Shown here piece by piece: positions 20,073 to 30,073 of a stretch of 64,000 bases of DNA. Position numbers and translations under genes: made by a program. How positions within the stretch are numbered: position 1 is the stretch's first letter; every line of letters begins with the position of its first letter. The notes under the pieces were generated by a model that ran no database searches, was not told where the DNA came from, and saw nothing but the letters and a program-made list of their open reading frames with translations. The stretch comes from a virus: the IMG/VR virus record IMGVR_UViG_3300021963_007958. One strand, written 5' to 3'.

Positions 20073-21240
20073 CGTCTTCTAAGTCTCCACCCATTTCTGC
20101 TTCTAAAGCTCTTGTAATGTCTTCATTAGTTCCCATTGCAGGAAGGATGAAGTGAGGTTTGATGACTCTTTCATCTAGCTGTTGTAGTACGTCCTGAGTG
20201 AAAATTTCAGGCGTAAATAGCTGAGATGATGTTACGGTTTTACCCAAGTGTTTGATTGCCCATCTGGTTGATGAGGCATTCGGAGTGAAGACTAACTCTT
20301 TAACCCCGTCTTTATTTTTAACTTCTTCCAGTTTTCCTCTTTCGATTCCACAAGCTTCCCAAGTAACAAAGTCCTGAAGACCAACGTATGGGTTCATACC
20401 GTTTGCAAAAGAGATGTGAAATTTAACAGGCTCTGGAATTGTAAATCTGCTCTTCTTAAGATTTGAGGTAACTATAATACCAGTTTTAGTTGTGCTATTT
20501 CCTTCTTTTAGCTGTGCTTTAGACAGGAAAGAAATAACTGACATAGCGAAGATTGGACCATCTCCACCAGAAGATTCTTTGGTCGGGAAGAATCCGCCAC
20601 CAGCATAAACGTGGTTTGTGCAAATAAGAGGAATTCTAGCTGCAGTTAGATCAAGAGTGATAACACGAAATAACTTTCTAAGTTCTTTTGCCTTTGCTCC
20701 CATATCTGCTGCATTCTTACCAGTCATTGCATCGTTCAATTCTTTATCAGTGCTTAACATACCTAAAGAATCCACGATTAAAAGAATCTTTGGACTTGCT
20801 CCAGCATCTTTTGCCTTCTTAACAAGAGAGATAAGATTACTCACGAAAGTTTGAAACTCTGTAACAGTCTTGATCGGCTGATATCTAACTTTGTTAGGAT
20901 CGATGCCAAACTTAATAGCAGAAGATTTATCGATAGCGCCCTCTGTATCGCAGTAGACTACATCATAACCCTTCTTCTGGGCTTCTCTCGCTACGTTCAA
21001 ACAAACGAAAGACTTACCTGTTCCAGGATCCCCCATCAGACCCAAGGATCTGGTGTTTGGGATACCTCCAAATAGTGAACCTGATAACTGAGCATTGAGT
21101 AGGTAGTTTCCGGTTGGGATCCATTCATCCACTTCGCTGAATGTATTTTCGGCTAGAATTGATCCGGTCTCGAATCCGGCGATCTTGGAAAGCTCTTTAT
21201 CCAAGTCTAAAAATGAAAATTCTGATTTTTGTTTAGCCAT
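20056..21240 (-). CDS. uvsX: RecA-like recombinase (UvsX)
   Basis: WIPTGNYLLNAQLSG, GDPGTGKS, DTEGA, IVDSLG, TNHVY, SGGDG. Confidence 0.92.
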   Translation of the reverse strand: MAKQKSEFSFLDLDKELSKIAGFETGSILAENTFSEVDEWIPTGNYLLNAQLSGSLFGGIPNTRSLGLMGDPGTGKSFVCLNVAREAQKKGYDVVYCDTEGAIDKSSAIKFGIDPNKVRYQPIKTVTEFQTFVSNLISLVKKAKDAGASPKILLIVDSLGMLSTDKELNDAMTGKNAADMGAKAKELRKLFRVITLDLTAARIPLICTNHVYAGGGFFPTKESSGGDGPIFAMSVISFLSKAQLKEGNSTTKTGIIVTSNLKKSRFTIPEPVKFHISFANGMNPYVGLQDFVTWEACGIERGKLEEVKNKDGVKELVFTPNASSTRWAIKHLGKTVTSSQLFTPEIFTQDVLQQLDERVIKPHFILPAMGTNEDITRALEAEMGGDLEDGDEQE

Positions 21241-21265
21241 AAACGTTTTTATTATTTTTGTAATG

Positions 21266-21294
21266 ATTATACACTAGATTCTTTGTTTTGTTTC
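21266..21294 (-). promoter_or_regulatory. GAAAC-N18-TATAAT promoter for uvsX operon
   Basis: Same bipartite motif recurs upstream of the tRNA and several operons. Confidence 0.55.
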
Positions 21295-21301
21295 TTTGCA
21301 G

Positions 21302-21309
21302 GATATATA
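21302..21309 (+). promoter_or_regulatory. GATATATA late-promoter-like box
   Basis: 21 nt upstream of ATG 21331. Confidence 0.6.
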
Positions 21310-21330
21310 GGACAAACTAACAAAAATCAA

Positions 21331-22692
21331 ATGAACAATAAATTTGTACTGGAATCTTTTCGAGCTTATCTTGAATTTACAGGGGAAAAAATCACAGAGG
21401 GTAAAAGCGATTTTGCTCTAGATCTAAATTTTGTTAAAGGATATGTCGATAAGATACTCGAAAAACAAAAGGAGTTGACCTCGAAATCCTCAATATTCTC
21501 CAAATACGCAGATTCACCAAATCCATACGAATCCTGGATTAAAGAATGGAAAGGAAGAAAATCGAATGCAGGTAAAGATTGGCCAGATAAAAAATCTCCT
21601 ACTGCATTACACGTCTATGGATCATTTGCAGCTCCATATCTATGGGATAAATTAACTCCTGAGCAGAAAGACGAAACTTATAAAGACCTAATGGGTCTTA
21701 TGAAGGGAAGCGGATACTCAACAGAAAAAGAATTTAATAAACTTCTAAAGGATAAAGATCAGGTTGGAGCAAAACCTTATGTTGCTGTTATCCCATCTTT
21801 TGTAGAAATACCACCAACAGAAATTTCTGTTCCTGGTAAAATTACAATAAATGGTATTGATGAAGGCATAGAGAATAAAGTTTTCAAAGATAATAGATGG
21901 GGTTCGGGTGACGATTCAGCAGGTGGAAAAGTAAATCCAGATGCCTTTCAAGATCCAGCAGTTCTAGCAGATATTAAATCCGAGATTGACAATTTTATGA
22001 AAAGTTTTTCCTCAGGAGAAATAAGTAAAATTATCTCTCTTAGAATAGAATCGTCTGCTTCGAGATACAGAAATACCAGTGATAACGGAGGAAAAGCAGA
22101 GAAATTATCTTGGGGCGAACTTGCTTATAACAGAGCAATAACTATTTTAAACTTATTTAGTGAGGCAGCAGACACCTATAATCTTTCAGAGGAGAAAAGA
22201 AAAGAACTAAAAGAAAAAGTTTTAATAGATTCCAAGGGGTCTAATGGGGACGGAACTAGTGGTCCTAATCCTCCAACTCCTTTAAAATTTGGTTACTACG
22301 ACGAAAAATCAACATTTGTTTTGGATAACGGAACATTTGGAAAGGGAAAATCACCAGAAGAAAATAGAAAAACAGTAGTAAAGGCAGTATTGGGAGAAGG
22401 AGGAAAACCTACTGGAAAGTATACAACTGCATCTATTGATCCAGAAGCTACAGCAGAAAGCTATGGTAAATTTAGATATGTTAACTTTGTCATTGAAGCA
22501 GAAACAATGTCCAAAGAACCAGATTTAATAGTTAAAGTACCGGGAGCAAAAGAAGCAAAATACACTCCGAAGGTTGGATTTCCTAAAACTACTTCAGGAC
22601 CACCAATAAAGAGGAAGAAAAGAATAAGGAGAATTATAGGAATTCCCGGAACAGGGACAAGTCCATTCTCGTGTCCAGGAGATCAATTCTAA
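21331..22692 (+). CDS. Hypothetical protein with degenerate OmpA-C-like domain
   Basis: Start reassigned to ATG 21331; SLRIESSAS...LSWGELAYNRAITI...KFRYVNFVI echoes OmpA-like motifs; N-terminal VLESFRAYLE...ITEG. Confidence 0.5.
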   Translation: MNNKFVLESFRAYLEFTGEKITEGKSDFALDLNFVKGYVDKILEKQKELTSKSSIFSKYADSPNPYESWIKEWKGRKSNAGKDWPDKKSPTALHVYGSFAAPYLWDKLTPEQKDETYKDLMGLMKGSGYSTEKEFNKLLKDKDQVGAKPYVAVIPSFVEIPPTEISVPGKITINGIDEGIENKVFKDNRWGSGDDSAGGKVNPDAFQDPAVLADIKSEIDNFMKSFSSGEISKIISLRIESSASRYRNTSDNGGKAEKLSWGELAYNRAITILNLFSEAADTYNLSEEKRKELKEKVLIDSKGSNGDGTSGPNPPTPLKFGYYDEKSTFVLDNGTFGKGKSPEENRKTVVKAVLGEGGKPTGKYTTASIDPEATAESYGKFRYVNFVIEAETMSKEPDLIVKVPGAKEAKYTPKVGFPKTTSGPPIKRKKRIRRIIGIPGTGTSPFSCPGDQF

Positions 22693-22708
22693 TCCAAGGA
22701 ATCATATA

Positions 22709-22740
22709 CAAAAAAACCCGACTAAAAATCGGGTTTTTTG
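22709..22740. terminator. Bidirectional intrinsic terminator
   Basis: CAAAAAAACCCGA-loop-TCGGGTTTTTTG between convergent genes. Confidence 0.85.
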
Positions 22741-22754
22741 TTTGGAAATAAATT

Positions 22755-23273
22755 TTAGATTCCGAAAGTAATAACGCAGAAGTACCTTATTCCTGGTTCT
22801 CCTTCGAAGATGTAGTTTTGATCCTTTACAATTTTAATCCCAACTTTATGAGCATCTTTATGAATCATTGCTTCGTTGTGTCCGGGGCTAAGTTTAAAAG
22901 ACTCTATTATTTTTTTGGCAAGGTCTTTATTGAAATAGTTAAATCCTTTTAAAGATCCCTTTCCGCCTAAAGTAATTTCTTGTCTACCAAATGGGCAATC
23001 CAAACCAGAGAAGTGTTTAATTCTTTCATCTGGATCTGAGATTTCATCAAATCCAGGGAAGTCTTGAAATTCAAAGTGAGTTACACTATCAGATAAAAGT
23101 TCATATTTTACTTGATGTTCAGCAGCTTTACAAAGACCTTTGTCGATCACTAATGGGCTTAGACCTTTAGAAACTCTATATTCGTTCAAATATTTAATAG
23201 TCTTTAATTCAGAAGAGTCTTGAGCTAAAGCTAAGATTGGAATTAAGAAGGAGATTAGAGCTAATTTTTTCAT
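22755..23273 (-). CDS. CAP/SCP-domain protein with signal peptide
   Basis: MKKLALISFLIPILALAQ; LNEYRVSKGLSPL, AAEHQ, SPGHNEAM. Confidence 0.8.
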   Translation of the reverse strand: MKKLALISFLIPILALAQDSSELKTIKYLNEYRVSKGLSPLVIDKGLCKAAEHQVKYELLSDSVTHFEFQDFPGFDEISDPDERIKHFSGLDCPFGRQEITLGGKGSLKGFNYFNKDLAKKIIESFKLSPGHNEAMIHKDAHKVGIKIVKDQNYIFEGEPGIRYFCVITFGI

Positions 23274-23322
23274 GATCTTTGATGTTTGGTTCATATAAAT
23301 ATACGAACCTCGGGACAAATAA

Positions 23323-24603
23323 TCAGGAATAAATTGGAAATCTTTGCATTAAATTTCTAGCTCTTTCTTTTGTTGTTATCAGAACTTGTGGGTTGTTGTG
23401 ATTCCGAAGTGCTGTGTCAATTAAATCTGCAATTATCGCCATCTCCTTCTCTTTCAATCCCCGCGTAGTAACGGCAGCAGTTCCGATTCTAATCCCGGAG
23501 GTGACAAAAGGGCTTCTAGTCTCGAACGGAACCGTGTTTTTATTCACCGTGATGTCACACTTAACGAGAGTGTCCTCAGCCATCTTGCCGGTTAAACTAT
23601 TAAACTTGGACCTCAGATCTATCAGCATCAGATGATTATCGGTTCCTCCTGAGATAATAGAATATCCCATCTCGGCTAAATGTCCTGCAAGCGTCCTAGA
23701 GTTCTTTATTACCTGTTCACAGTATTCTCTAAAGTCATCACTAAGTGCTTCTTTAAACGCTGCTGCTTTAGCTCCTATAATGTGTTCTAAAGGTCCTCCC
23801 TGAGTTCCAGGAAAAACTGCTCCATCTAAAATTGAACTCATCATCTTGATATCTCCCTTTAGAGTCTTTTCACCAAATGGATTTGCGAAGTCTTTTCCCA
23901 TCATAATAACTCCTCCTCTTGGACCTCTTAGAGTCTTATGAGTTGTCGTGGTTAAAATATGACAGTGAGGGACCGGATCGTTTAATAGTCCACTTGCAAT
24001 CAAACCTGCAGGATGAGAAATATCTCCCATCAAAATTGCTCCAACCGAGTCTGCAATAGATCTAAATCTTTCATAATCCCAGTCTCTAGAATATGAGCTA
24101 GCCCCGCAAATGATTAATTTGGGTCTTTCCCTCTTTGCTATCTCCTCTATCTTGTCGTAGTTTAGTAGACCAGTCTCCTCATCAACTCCATAAAAAGATG
24201 GGGTGTAGTTCTTGCCCGAAAAATTAACAGGGGATCCGTGAGTCAAGTGCCCTCCGTGACTGAGATCAAATCCTAAGATTTTATCGCCCGGTCTCAGAAC
24301 TGCTAGCATCACAGCTGCATTTGCTTGGGATCCTGAATGTGGCTGAACATTAGCCCATTCCACACCAAATAGCTTCTTTAATCTGTCGATAGCTAGCTGT
24401 TCAACCTTATCAACAATCTGACATCCTCCGTAATATCTACGGCTGGGAAGTCCTTCGGCATATTTATTGGTTAGAATACTACCTGCAATGTCCATTATTT
24501 GCTGGCTGACAAAATTCTCCGAAGCGATCAGTTCAATCCCTTCTTGTTGTCTCTTGAGTTCCTGATCGATCAGATCAAAAATCTCTTCATCTTTAGAGTG
24601 CAT
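23323..24603 (-). CDS. glyA: Serine hydroxymethyltransferase
   Basis: [50 protein letters not shown]. Confidence 0.98.
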   Translation of the reverse strand: MHSKDEEIFDLIDQELKRQQEGIELIASENFVSQQIMDIAGSILTNKYAEGLPSRRYYGGCQIVDKVEQLAIDRLKKLFGVEWANVQPHSGSQANAAVMLAVLRPGDKILGFDLSHGGHLTHGSPVNFSGKNYTPSFYGVDEETGLLNYDKIEEIAKRERPKLIICGASSYSRDWDYERFRSIADSVGAILMGDISHPAGLIASGLLNDPVPHCHILTTTTHKTLRGPRGGVIMMGKDFANPFGEKTLKGDIKMMSSILDGAVFPGTQGGPLEHIIGAKAAAFKEALSDDFREYCEQVIKNSRTLAGHLAEMGYSIISGGTDNHLMLIDLRSKFNSLTGKMAEDTLVKCDITVNKNTVPFETRSPFVTSGIRIGTAAVTTRGLKEKEMAIIADLIDTALRNHNNPQVLITTKERARNLMQRFPIYS

Positions 24604-24634
24604 TAATTTATAGAGTTCGTTACCCTATATATTA

Positions 24635-24865
24635 TCAGCTAAAAAGAGGTCCAGGATTAATGTCTGTTAGATTTGGGTTCTTTCCCTTAGACTTTAGATA
24701 TTCAATAGCTGCCTGTCCTGCCCAATCCATAGGGTCCGACATTTTAGGTTCCCCATAAACTCCCCCTTGTTGAACTTGTCTGTTGGTTGGGTCTACACCT
24801 GCTACTTTATTCATTGAATCTAGCTTTCTTTTAATAGAATCTAGATATTCCTGGTTTGGCATCAT
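24635..24865 (-). CDS. Hypothetical protein
   Basis: 76-aa ORF upstream of glyA. Confidence 0.5.
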   Translation of the reverse strand: MMPNQEYLDSIKRKLDSMNKVAGVDPTNRQVQQGGVYGEPKMSDPMDWAGQAAIEYLKSKGKNPNLTDINPGPLFS

Positions 24866-24910
24866 ATCTTATTTATCCTTTGAATTTGGCATTTTAGTTC
24901 GGGGGCTGGT

Positions 24911-24988
24911 TTAGATCTCCCCTAAGATACTGAGTTTGGGTTCGTGTCTTAGATGCTCTAAGATAATATTCTTCCCCTGGGAATCTAA
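24911..24988 (-). ncRNA. Candidate structured RNA / 5' leader
   Basis: Closing stem TTAGATTCCC/GGGAGATCTAA with mutually exclusive inner hairpins; weak GAAAC promoter just upstream. Confidence 0.3.
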
Positions 24989-25046
24989 GTAATTCTTTTA
25001 CTAGTGTTCCTGAGAAAAAGTTTCCCGGACTTAAAAAATTTTTGAA

Positions 25047-26201
25047 TTATTTTCTAAGAGTGTATTTCTTAGCTAGAAAATCGGAAAGATCGTCGATGTT
25101 TTTCTTCTTCTGAGCTACCTTTTTAGCAGCTTCCTCTTCAGCAGATTTAACTTGAGCATCCCCGGAATACCTCAGATCGTTTATATCCGTTGTTCCTGCA
25201 ATCACGTCAGTGGATTTCTTTCTTCTGACATTTGTTTCTGCCTGTTTAAGTATTCCTTCCCTAACCTTGTCGATTATATCTTGTGCGGAATTTTCAAACT
25301 CTGAAGCTGCTGAAATTGGCTGATATGTGGAAACTAATTTTTGTCTTAGCGCATCAGCTTTTGGGTTCAATGCAGTTATCTCAGCATCGAACTTTTGAAG
25401 CTTTTTATAGTAGCCCTCTGCTGCTCTTTCTCCGATATTAGGGATATCATTCTGCATGATATTCTTAACCTTGTTGACATTGGGAACTATGTAAGTATCC
25501 TGAAAAGAAATAACTTCATTTTTTGAGTCCGGATAAGCAACTGCCAGATTATCTAGCATGTCATACATATTTAGAAGTTTTGCCCCTGTTGAGTCTGCTA
25601 ATCTTAGAAGATCCTGAGGTGTAGGGGGTACAAATTCTTGACCTTCAGAGACGAAAGAGAGATTCTCTTGGAGAGCAAGAGGTTTCATTGCCTTAAGGAT
25701 CTCATCCATGATAGACATTGACTTTGTTTTCTCTTCCGGGGTAAAGTTTTTAAGGGCTGCATTTGAAGCGGACCTTAAAAACTCAGTAGCTTGAGGAAGA
25801 TTCTCAGTTTCCTGCCCATAGTCATATTGCCCTCTTGCTCCAAATTCCCCTGGCTTAACCGGAAGATCCGAAAGAGAAGCAACTTTTCCTTGTAGAAATT
25901 TGGACATTTTAACAATCATGTCCCATCTTGCTGTTGGATCTTTTACTTTGATAATCTGGTCCATCAACTTTGGCCAGTTGTTAGGATCAAAAAATCCAGG
26001 TTTTTGGGCAAAGAAGAATCCGTAAAGACCAAAGATCTCGGAAAGCTTATAAGCGATGCTTCTGTAAGAGTCCTCTTTCCCTTTTTTGTCCGGACCTAAA
26101 GTTGAATCCTCATTAACAGAAAAAGTCCCACTTAAGGGACTTGTTTCTGTTTCCGATAGGCGGAAAGATTTAAAATTTTGTATGTTTGAAAGTCTTCTCA
26201 T
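25047..26201 (-). CDS. Helical protein with capsid-targeting-like N-terminus
   Basis: MRRLSNIQNFKSFRLSE; downstream of two paralogs in the same orientation. Confidence 0.6.
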   Translation of the reverse strand: MRRLSNIQNFKSFRLSETETSPLSGTFSVNEDSTLGPDKKGKEDSYRSIAYKLSEIFGLYGFFFAQKPGFFDPNNWPKLMDQIIKVKDPTARWDMIVKMSKFLQGKVASLSDLPVKPGEFGARGQYDYGQETENLPQATEFLRSASNAALKNFTPEEKTKSMSIMDEILKAMKPLALQENLSFVSEGQEFVPPTPQDLLRLADSTGAKLLNMYDMLDNLAVAYPDSKNEVISFQDTYIVPNVNKVKNIMQNDIPNIGERAAEGYYKKLQKFDAEITALNPKADALRQKLVSTYQPISAASEFENSAQDIIDKVREGILKQAETNVRRKKSTDVIAGTTDINDLRYSGDAQVKSAEEEAAKKVAQKKKNIDDLSDFLAKKYTLRK

Positions 26202-26219
26202 TAAAGAGAATTTCTTACT

Positions 26220-28337
26220 TTATTTTAGAAGTTTAAGAATTTCTTCTTTCATGGTATCTCCTTTAACGGACATAGTCTTGGTTCCTACACTTTTAACCTC
26301 TCCCGCTAGGGTTTCAGCTCCACCAATCCAAGGTTTTTCGTCCAGTTCATAAAGTTCCTGGAATCTTTTGATTGCTGGTTTTCCGTCTTTCATCTTTTTA
26401 CCGCTTAGAGCTTTAAGAATAGTCAAAACGTAAGCAAGATCCGATTCTTTTACATATCCATCGAGAGCATCTACTACTCCTTTAACTCCGTTTCTTCTGT
26501 CCTTAAGAAGATCAATAGCAGTTGCTGCTACTGCACCACCAAGAGGAAATCCAAGGAATGCTGCATACTTAGCTGCTGGAAGAATGGTATTGATAAAAGA
26601 AGATAGACCTGAAGTTTCTCCTAGAATGTCATCATCAGTAAGAGTTCCTTCTGTTTCATTCGCTTTTGCAGTATATTTTTCTTTCAGAAGATCAGCTAGA
26701 ATTTTATAAGCCCACTGTCCTCTAGGAGCTTTTGGATCGTTTAATTTATTTGGAGTTTCAGCTCCATTTCTTGTATCGTAAAGACCTCTTAGAGTATCTT
26801 CTCCTGCAAGACCATCTACGTGTTTACCGTTAAGCTTTTGGAATGATTTAACTCTTTCTACCGTATCGTCTGTGTAATTCTTCTCATCTGCAGTTTGTCC
26901 TACGATTCTATTGATTGCAACCACTACGTTTCCGGTGTCCCCCTTCTTATAAAGGAGTTTTACCTTTGCTGGTCCTGCTTCTTTAGAAGGATCGTATTTG
27001 GATTTTTTAGCAGCCTGATTTGATGAAGAAGCCTTAGAAGCCTTAACTGCTGCTTGGACATCAAAAGCTTCAGAAATCCCCGAATAAGCATCAAAGCTAA
27101 GAATTCTAGATTCTTTAATAGCTTCATCTTTCTTCAATTCTGCATAAAGTTCATTTGTGATATCAGGAGACGATGGATTTTCAAGACCGTATCCAGACTT
27201 CATAACTTTTACGATTTCTGCCGTACTACGACCAAATTTACCGTCTGTTCCCATTGATTTAAACTCAGGAAGATTTGCGACCGACTTTACGTTTTTGAAT
27301 TTATTCATTACCAACTCCTGGAATTCTTTAACTTTTCCGTTCTCTTCGTTAGATTTTTCTGGGTTGTATTCTACAACTGTTGCCTTTAAACCTGCTTTTT
27401 TAGTTGCTTCTTCCCCTTCTTTATTTTGAAGGTAGGTGATCTCTTTATCTTTTGCATCCTGAACTAGAGCTAAAGCCTGAACTAGAATTGCTGCTGCTTC
27501 TTTGTTAGTAGCATCTTGCTTAAGCATTTTTTCTGCAATTTTATCAGCTTCGGTTGGGATTTCCGCAAGTCTTGTAGCTGCTTTTTTAATCTCGTCTTTG
27601 CTGATCTCGTTATTCTTCTTGTCTAAAAGATCTCCCATCTTTGCAGCAATCTGGTTTACTTCAGTTTGGAGTTTTTGTACGTCTGCTGCCATTCCTGGAG
27701 TCTGAGCTAGAGAAGCAAGTTTTGCAGTGACAAGAGTTACCTGTTTGGATACATCTTCGATCATTCCCTTTTTACCTTGAAGAATTCCTTCGAAAATTTC
27801 CTCATCATCTCCGTGGTAAAAAGAATCATTCACCACTTTTGCTAGATCTGTCTTAAGATCATTGGACTTGGCAGAGTCTTGAATTCCTTTTAGATAAGAA
27901 TCTATCTTAGCGTTGATAAAGTCGTTAATGTGCTTAAGTTCTTCTGGTTGATCTTTGTATTGGTTGATCAAAGCTCCAAGAGCGTCTGCTGCTTTAGTTC
28001 CGGCAGCAACCCAAGCATCGATAGCCTCTGGTGCTCCCTTTGTTGTGTTTTCTGCGGAAGCCTGCTTAACTTTGCCCATAATTTTAATAAGGGCTGCTGG
28101 CTTATCTGCTACGGGAGCAGATTTTATAGAAGCCATGTCAGCATCTATGTTCGCATCGTAGGATTTAGCAGGGAAAGTCAATTCTGAGCTGTATGAATTT
28201 AAAGCAGTAGTCAAAATAAGACCTAAAGTTTGATCATAAAGCTTGCTAGCTTCTGTCGGCTTAGCAAGAAGCCCTGGCCCTGCTGCGTCTGCTTCATAAA
28301 GAGCGCTAAAGCTGGAGAAGTCGTGTATTTTTCTCAT
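26220..28337 (-). CDS. Modular helical protein with two PG-binding-like domains and a hydrophobic C-terminal segment
   Basis: MRKIHDFSSFSALYEA; DGKFGRSTAEIV; YKKGDTG...VKSFQKLNGKHVDGLAGEDT; AAFLGFPLGGAVAATAI. Confidence 0.65.
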   Translation of the reverse strand: MRKIHDFSSFSALYEADAAGPGLLAKPTEASKLYDQTLGLILTTALNSYSSELTFPAKSYDANIDADMASIKSAPVADKPAALIKIMGKVKQASAENTTKGAPEAIDAWVAAGTKAADALGALINQYKDQPEELKHINDFINAKIDSYLKGIQDSAKSNDLKTDLAKVVNDSFYHGDDEEIFEGILQGKKGMIEDVSKQVTLVTAKLASLAQTPGMAADVQKLQTEVNQIAAKMGDLLDKKNNEISKDEIKKAATRLAEIPTEADKIAEKMLKQDATNKEAAAILVQALALVQDAKDKEITYLQNKEGEEATKKAGLKATVVEYNPEKSNEENGKVKEFQELVMNKFKNVKSVANLPEFKSMGTDGKFGRSTAEIVKVMKSGYGLENPSSPDITNELYAELKKDEAIKESRILSFDAYSGISEAFDVQAAVKASKASSSNQAAKKSKYDPSKEAGPAKVKLLYKKGDTGNVVVAINRIVGQTADEKNYTDDTVERVKSFQKLNGKHVDGLAGEDTLRGLYDTRNGAETPNKLNDPKAPRGQWAYKILADLLKEKYTAKANETEGTLTDDDILGETSGLSSFINTILPAAKYAAFLGFPLGGAVAATAIDLLKDRRNGVKGVVDALDGYVKESDLAYVLTILKALSGKKMKDGKPAIKRFQELYELDEKPWIGGAETLAGEVKSVGTKTMSVKGDTMKEEILKLLK

Positions 28338-28386
28338 ATTGAATTTATTTTTAATTTTCTTATATATCTTTTTTTTTGAAGATTTT

Positions 28387-30027
28387 TTATTTCTTTTCCC
28401 CTTCTTTTTTGAGATAGATGTCCAATAAGTCTTTATCTATCCCCTTCTTAACTCCAGTTGTTGGAATGATGGTAGATTTAAGTCCCATTGCAACGGTATT
28501 TTTCTTCTGAGTCTCGTTGTACTTTGAAAAATTATCCCAGCTAGTTCTAAAGATAGTTCTAAATAGCTTCTTACCTTCTTCGCTCGGTTCAAAGTCTTTA
28601 CCTAGGATATAGTCAATCCCCTCTTTGTTGTCTGAATAAACCTCGTCTACTGTCTTCTTGAGTTCATCTAGAAGTTCTCCCGGGGTTGGAAGATCTTTCT
28701 TCTTCTCTTCCGCTTTCTTTTCTCCTGTTGCTTCTAAGAACTTATTAACGTCAAATTTAACTTTTGCTTCATTAATCTCTTCAAAATCAGTGAAGGATTT
28801 AAATCTTCCAAAAGAAAAGGATTCATTTTGCTTAGTAGATCCTGAATAGGAAAATACCTTATTCAGGAATTCATCGGTGATATCGGAAGTCTTGTCGTCC
28901 ATGCCAAATCCAGCCTTAAGTCCTTTAATGATCTTTGCTGTATTGTCTCCAAAATAACCATCCCCTGCAAATTTTCCTTCTGCAAACTTTTTAAAGTCTT
29001 CAGACCCTTTAATTATGTCTTTGAACTTTCTGATTACTTCTTCTTGGAAAGATTTTACCACTTGATTTTTCTTTCCTTTTACATCATCTTGTTTGACAGT
29101 TCCTTTGAACCCTATTGCATCTTTTGCAGATTTGTTCCAGTTATCTTCGGTCTCTTTTTCTTCTTTTGCCTTCTCTACGAATTTTTTATCATTCTCAGTA
29201 GCAGCTTCTAGAGACTTGAGTGCATCAACAAAAAGAGCTGCTGCCTCTTTATTTGTTTCGTCCTCTTTTGCTAAAGATTCGGACTTCTTAGATAGAAGAG
29301 TAGGGATTTCTGAAATTTTAGCTGCAATTTCTTCTAGTCTATCCCCGTCGATATCTTTCCTTTTCATATCCACCATCTTACCAACCTCTGCGCTTAGTTG
29401 GGTGACTTCATCCTGATATTTCTTAACATCTGCCTGCATTCCTGGGATGGCAGACATATCTTTAAGGATTGACATCACTACAGTTATTTCTTTTGAAATG
29501 TCTTTAATCTTTCCTTTCTTACCACTGAAAACACCTTCATTGAGATATTCAAAGCTTTCGTTCTTTTTAGATAAAGCTTGTTCTACTTCCTTTTTGAGAT
29601 CATTTTCTTTAGAAGAAGATTGGAGATTTTGTTTTTGGGTATTGATAAAATCTGTGATGGATTTTTCGATCTCCTCTTTATTATCAGGGAGTTTTTCGAT
29701 AATTTTACCAAGAGCAGCAATAAATTTTTCTCCTGCTGCTGTCCAGGATTCTCCTGCTGCTTTTGCTTCTGCACTGTCTTTATCGACTGCAGCTTTAACG
29801 TTTGCTAGGATTTTCTTATATGAATCAACTCCTGGAGCTTTTGCAACTGAATCCAAGTCTGCAATAATCTTAGCATCATAGGGATCTTCAGTTAGCTTCA
29901 ACTGAGACATATATGAAGTATTAATATAGGACAGGATTTGTTTTAGAAGACCCAGATAGGGTTTTTCTTTGTTTTCCTCTGCTTCGTAAATTTTTGAGAA
30001 GGAGGAGAAATCATAAATTCTTTTCAT
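28387..30027 (-). CDS. Paralog of the 26220 gene with PG-binding-like domain
   Basis: MKRIYDFSSFSKIYEA; DGYFGDNTAKII; colinear similarity over about 400 aa. Confidence 0.65.
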   Translation of the reverse strand: MKRIYDFSSFSKIYEAEENKEKPYLGLLKQILSYINTSYMSQLKLTEDPYDAKIIADLDSVAKAPGVDSYKKILANVKAAVDKDSAEAKAAGESWTAAGEKFIAALGKIIEKLPDNKEEIEKSITDFINTQKQNLQSSSKENDLKKEVEQALSKKNESFEYLNEGVFSGKKGKIKDISKEITVVMSILKDMSAIPGMQADVKKYQDEVTQLSAEVGKMVDMKRKDIDGDRLEEIAAKISEIPTLLSKKSESLAKEDETNKEAAALFVDALKSLEAATENDKKFVEKAKEEKETEDNWNKSAKDAIGFKGTVKQDDVKGKKNQVVKSFQEEVIRKFKDIIKGSEDFKKFAEGKFAGDGYFGDNTAKIIKGLKAGFGMDDKTSDITDEFLNKVFSYSGSTKQNESFSFGRFKSFTDFEEINEAKVKFDVNKFLEATGEKKAEEKKKDLPTPGELLDELKKTVDEVYSDNKEGIDYILGKDFEPSEEGKKLFRTIFRTSWDNFSKYNETQKKNTVAMGLKSTIIPTTGVKKGIDKDLLDIYLKKEGEKK

Positions 30028-30073
30028 TGGACATCTTTTATTTATGTCCTATATATCTCGGAGTAAGATGCTT

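Noticed and set aside
21229-21330. Track's upstream TTG start for the 487-aa ORF
   Set aside because: It overlaps the uvsX start and two promoter motifs; ATG 21331 behind GATATATA is more plausible.
23294-23305. Canonical T4 TATAAATA on the + strand
   Set aside because: No + strand gene follows; it is more likely the complement of a TATATTTA element upstream of the CAP gene, or chance.
24894-25046. 50 open codons in frame after the TAA of 25047-26201 (possible read-through)
   Set aside because: TAA is rarely read through, there is no start codon, and this length can arise by chance.
24866-25046. Known ZTP/THF/SAM riboswitch upstream of glyA
   Set aside because: I could not match their conserved cores, and glyA has its own proximal promoter-like box; kept only as an unknown structured-RNA candidate.
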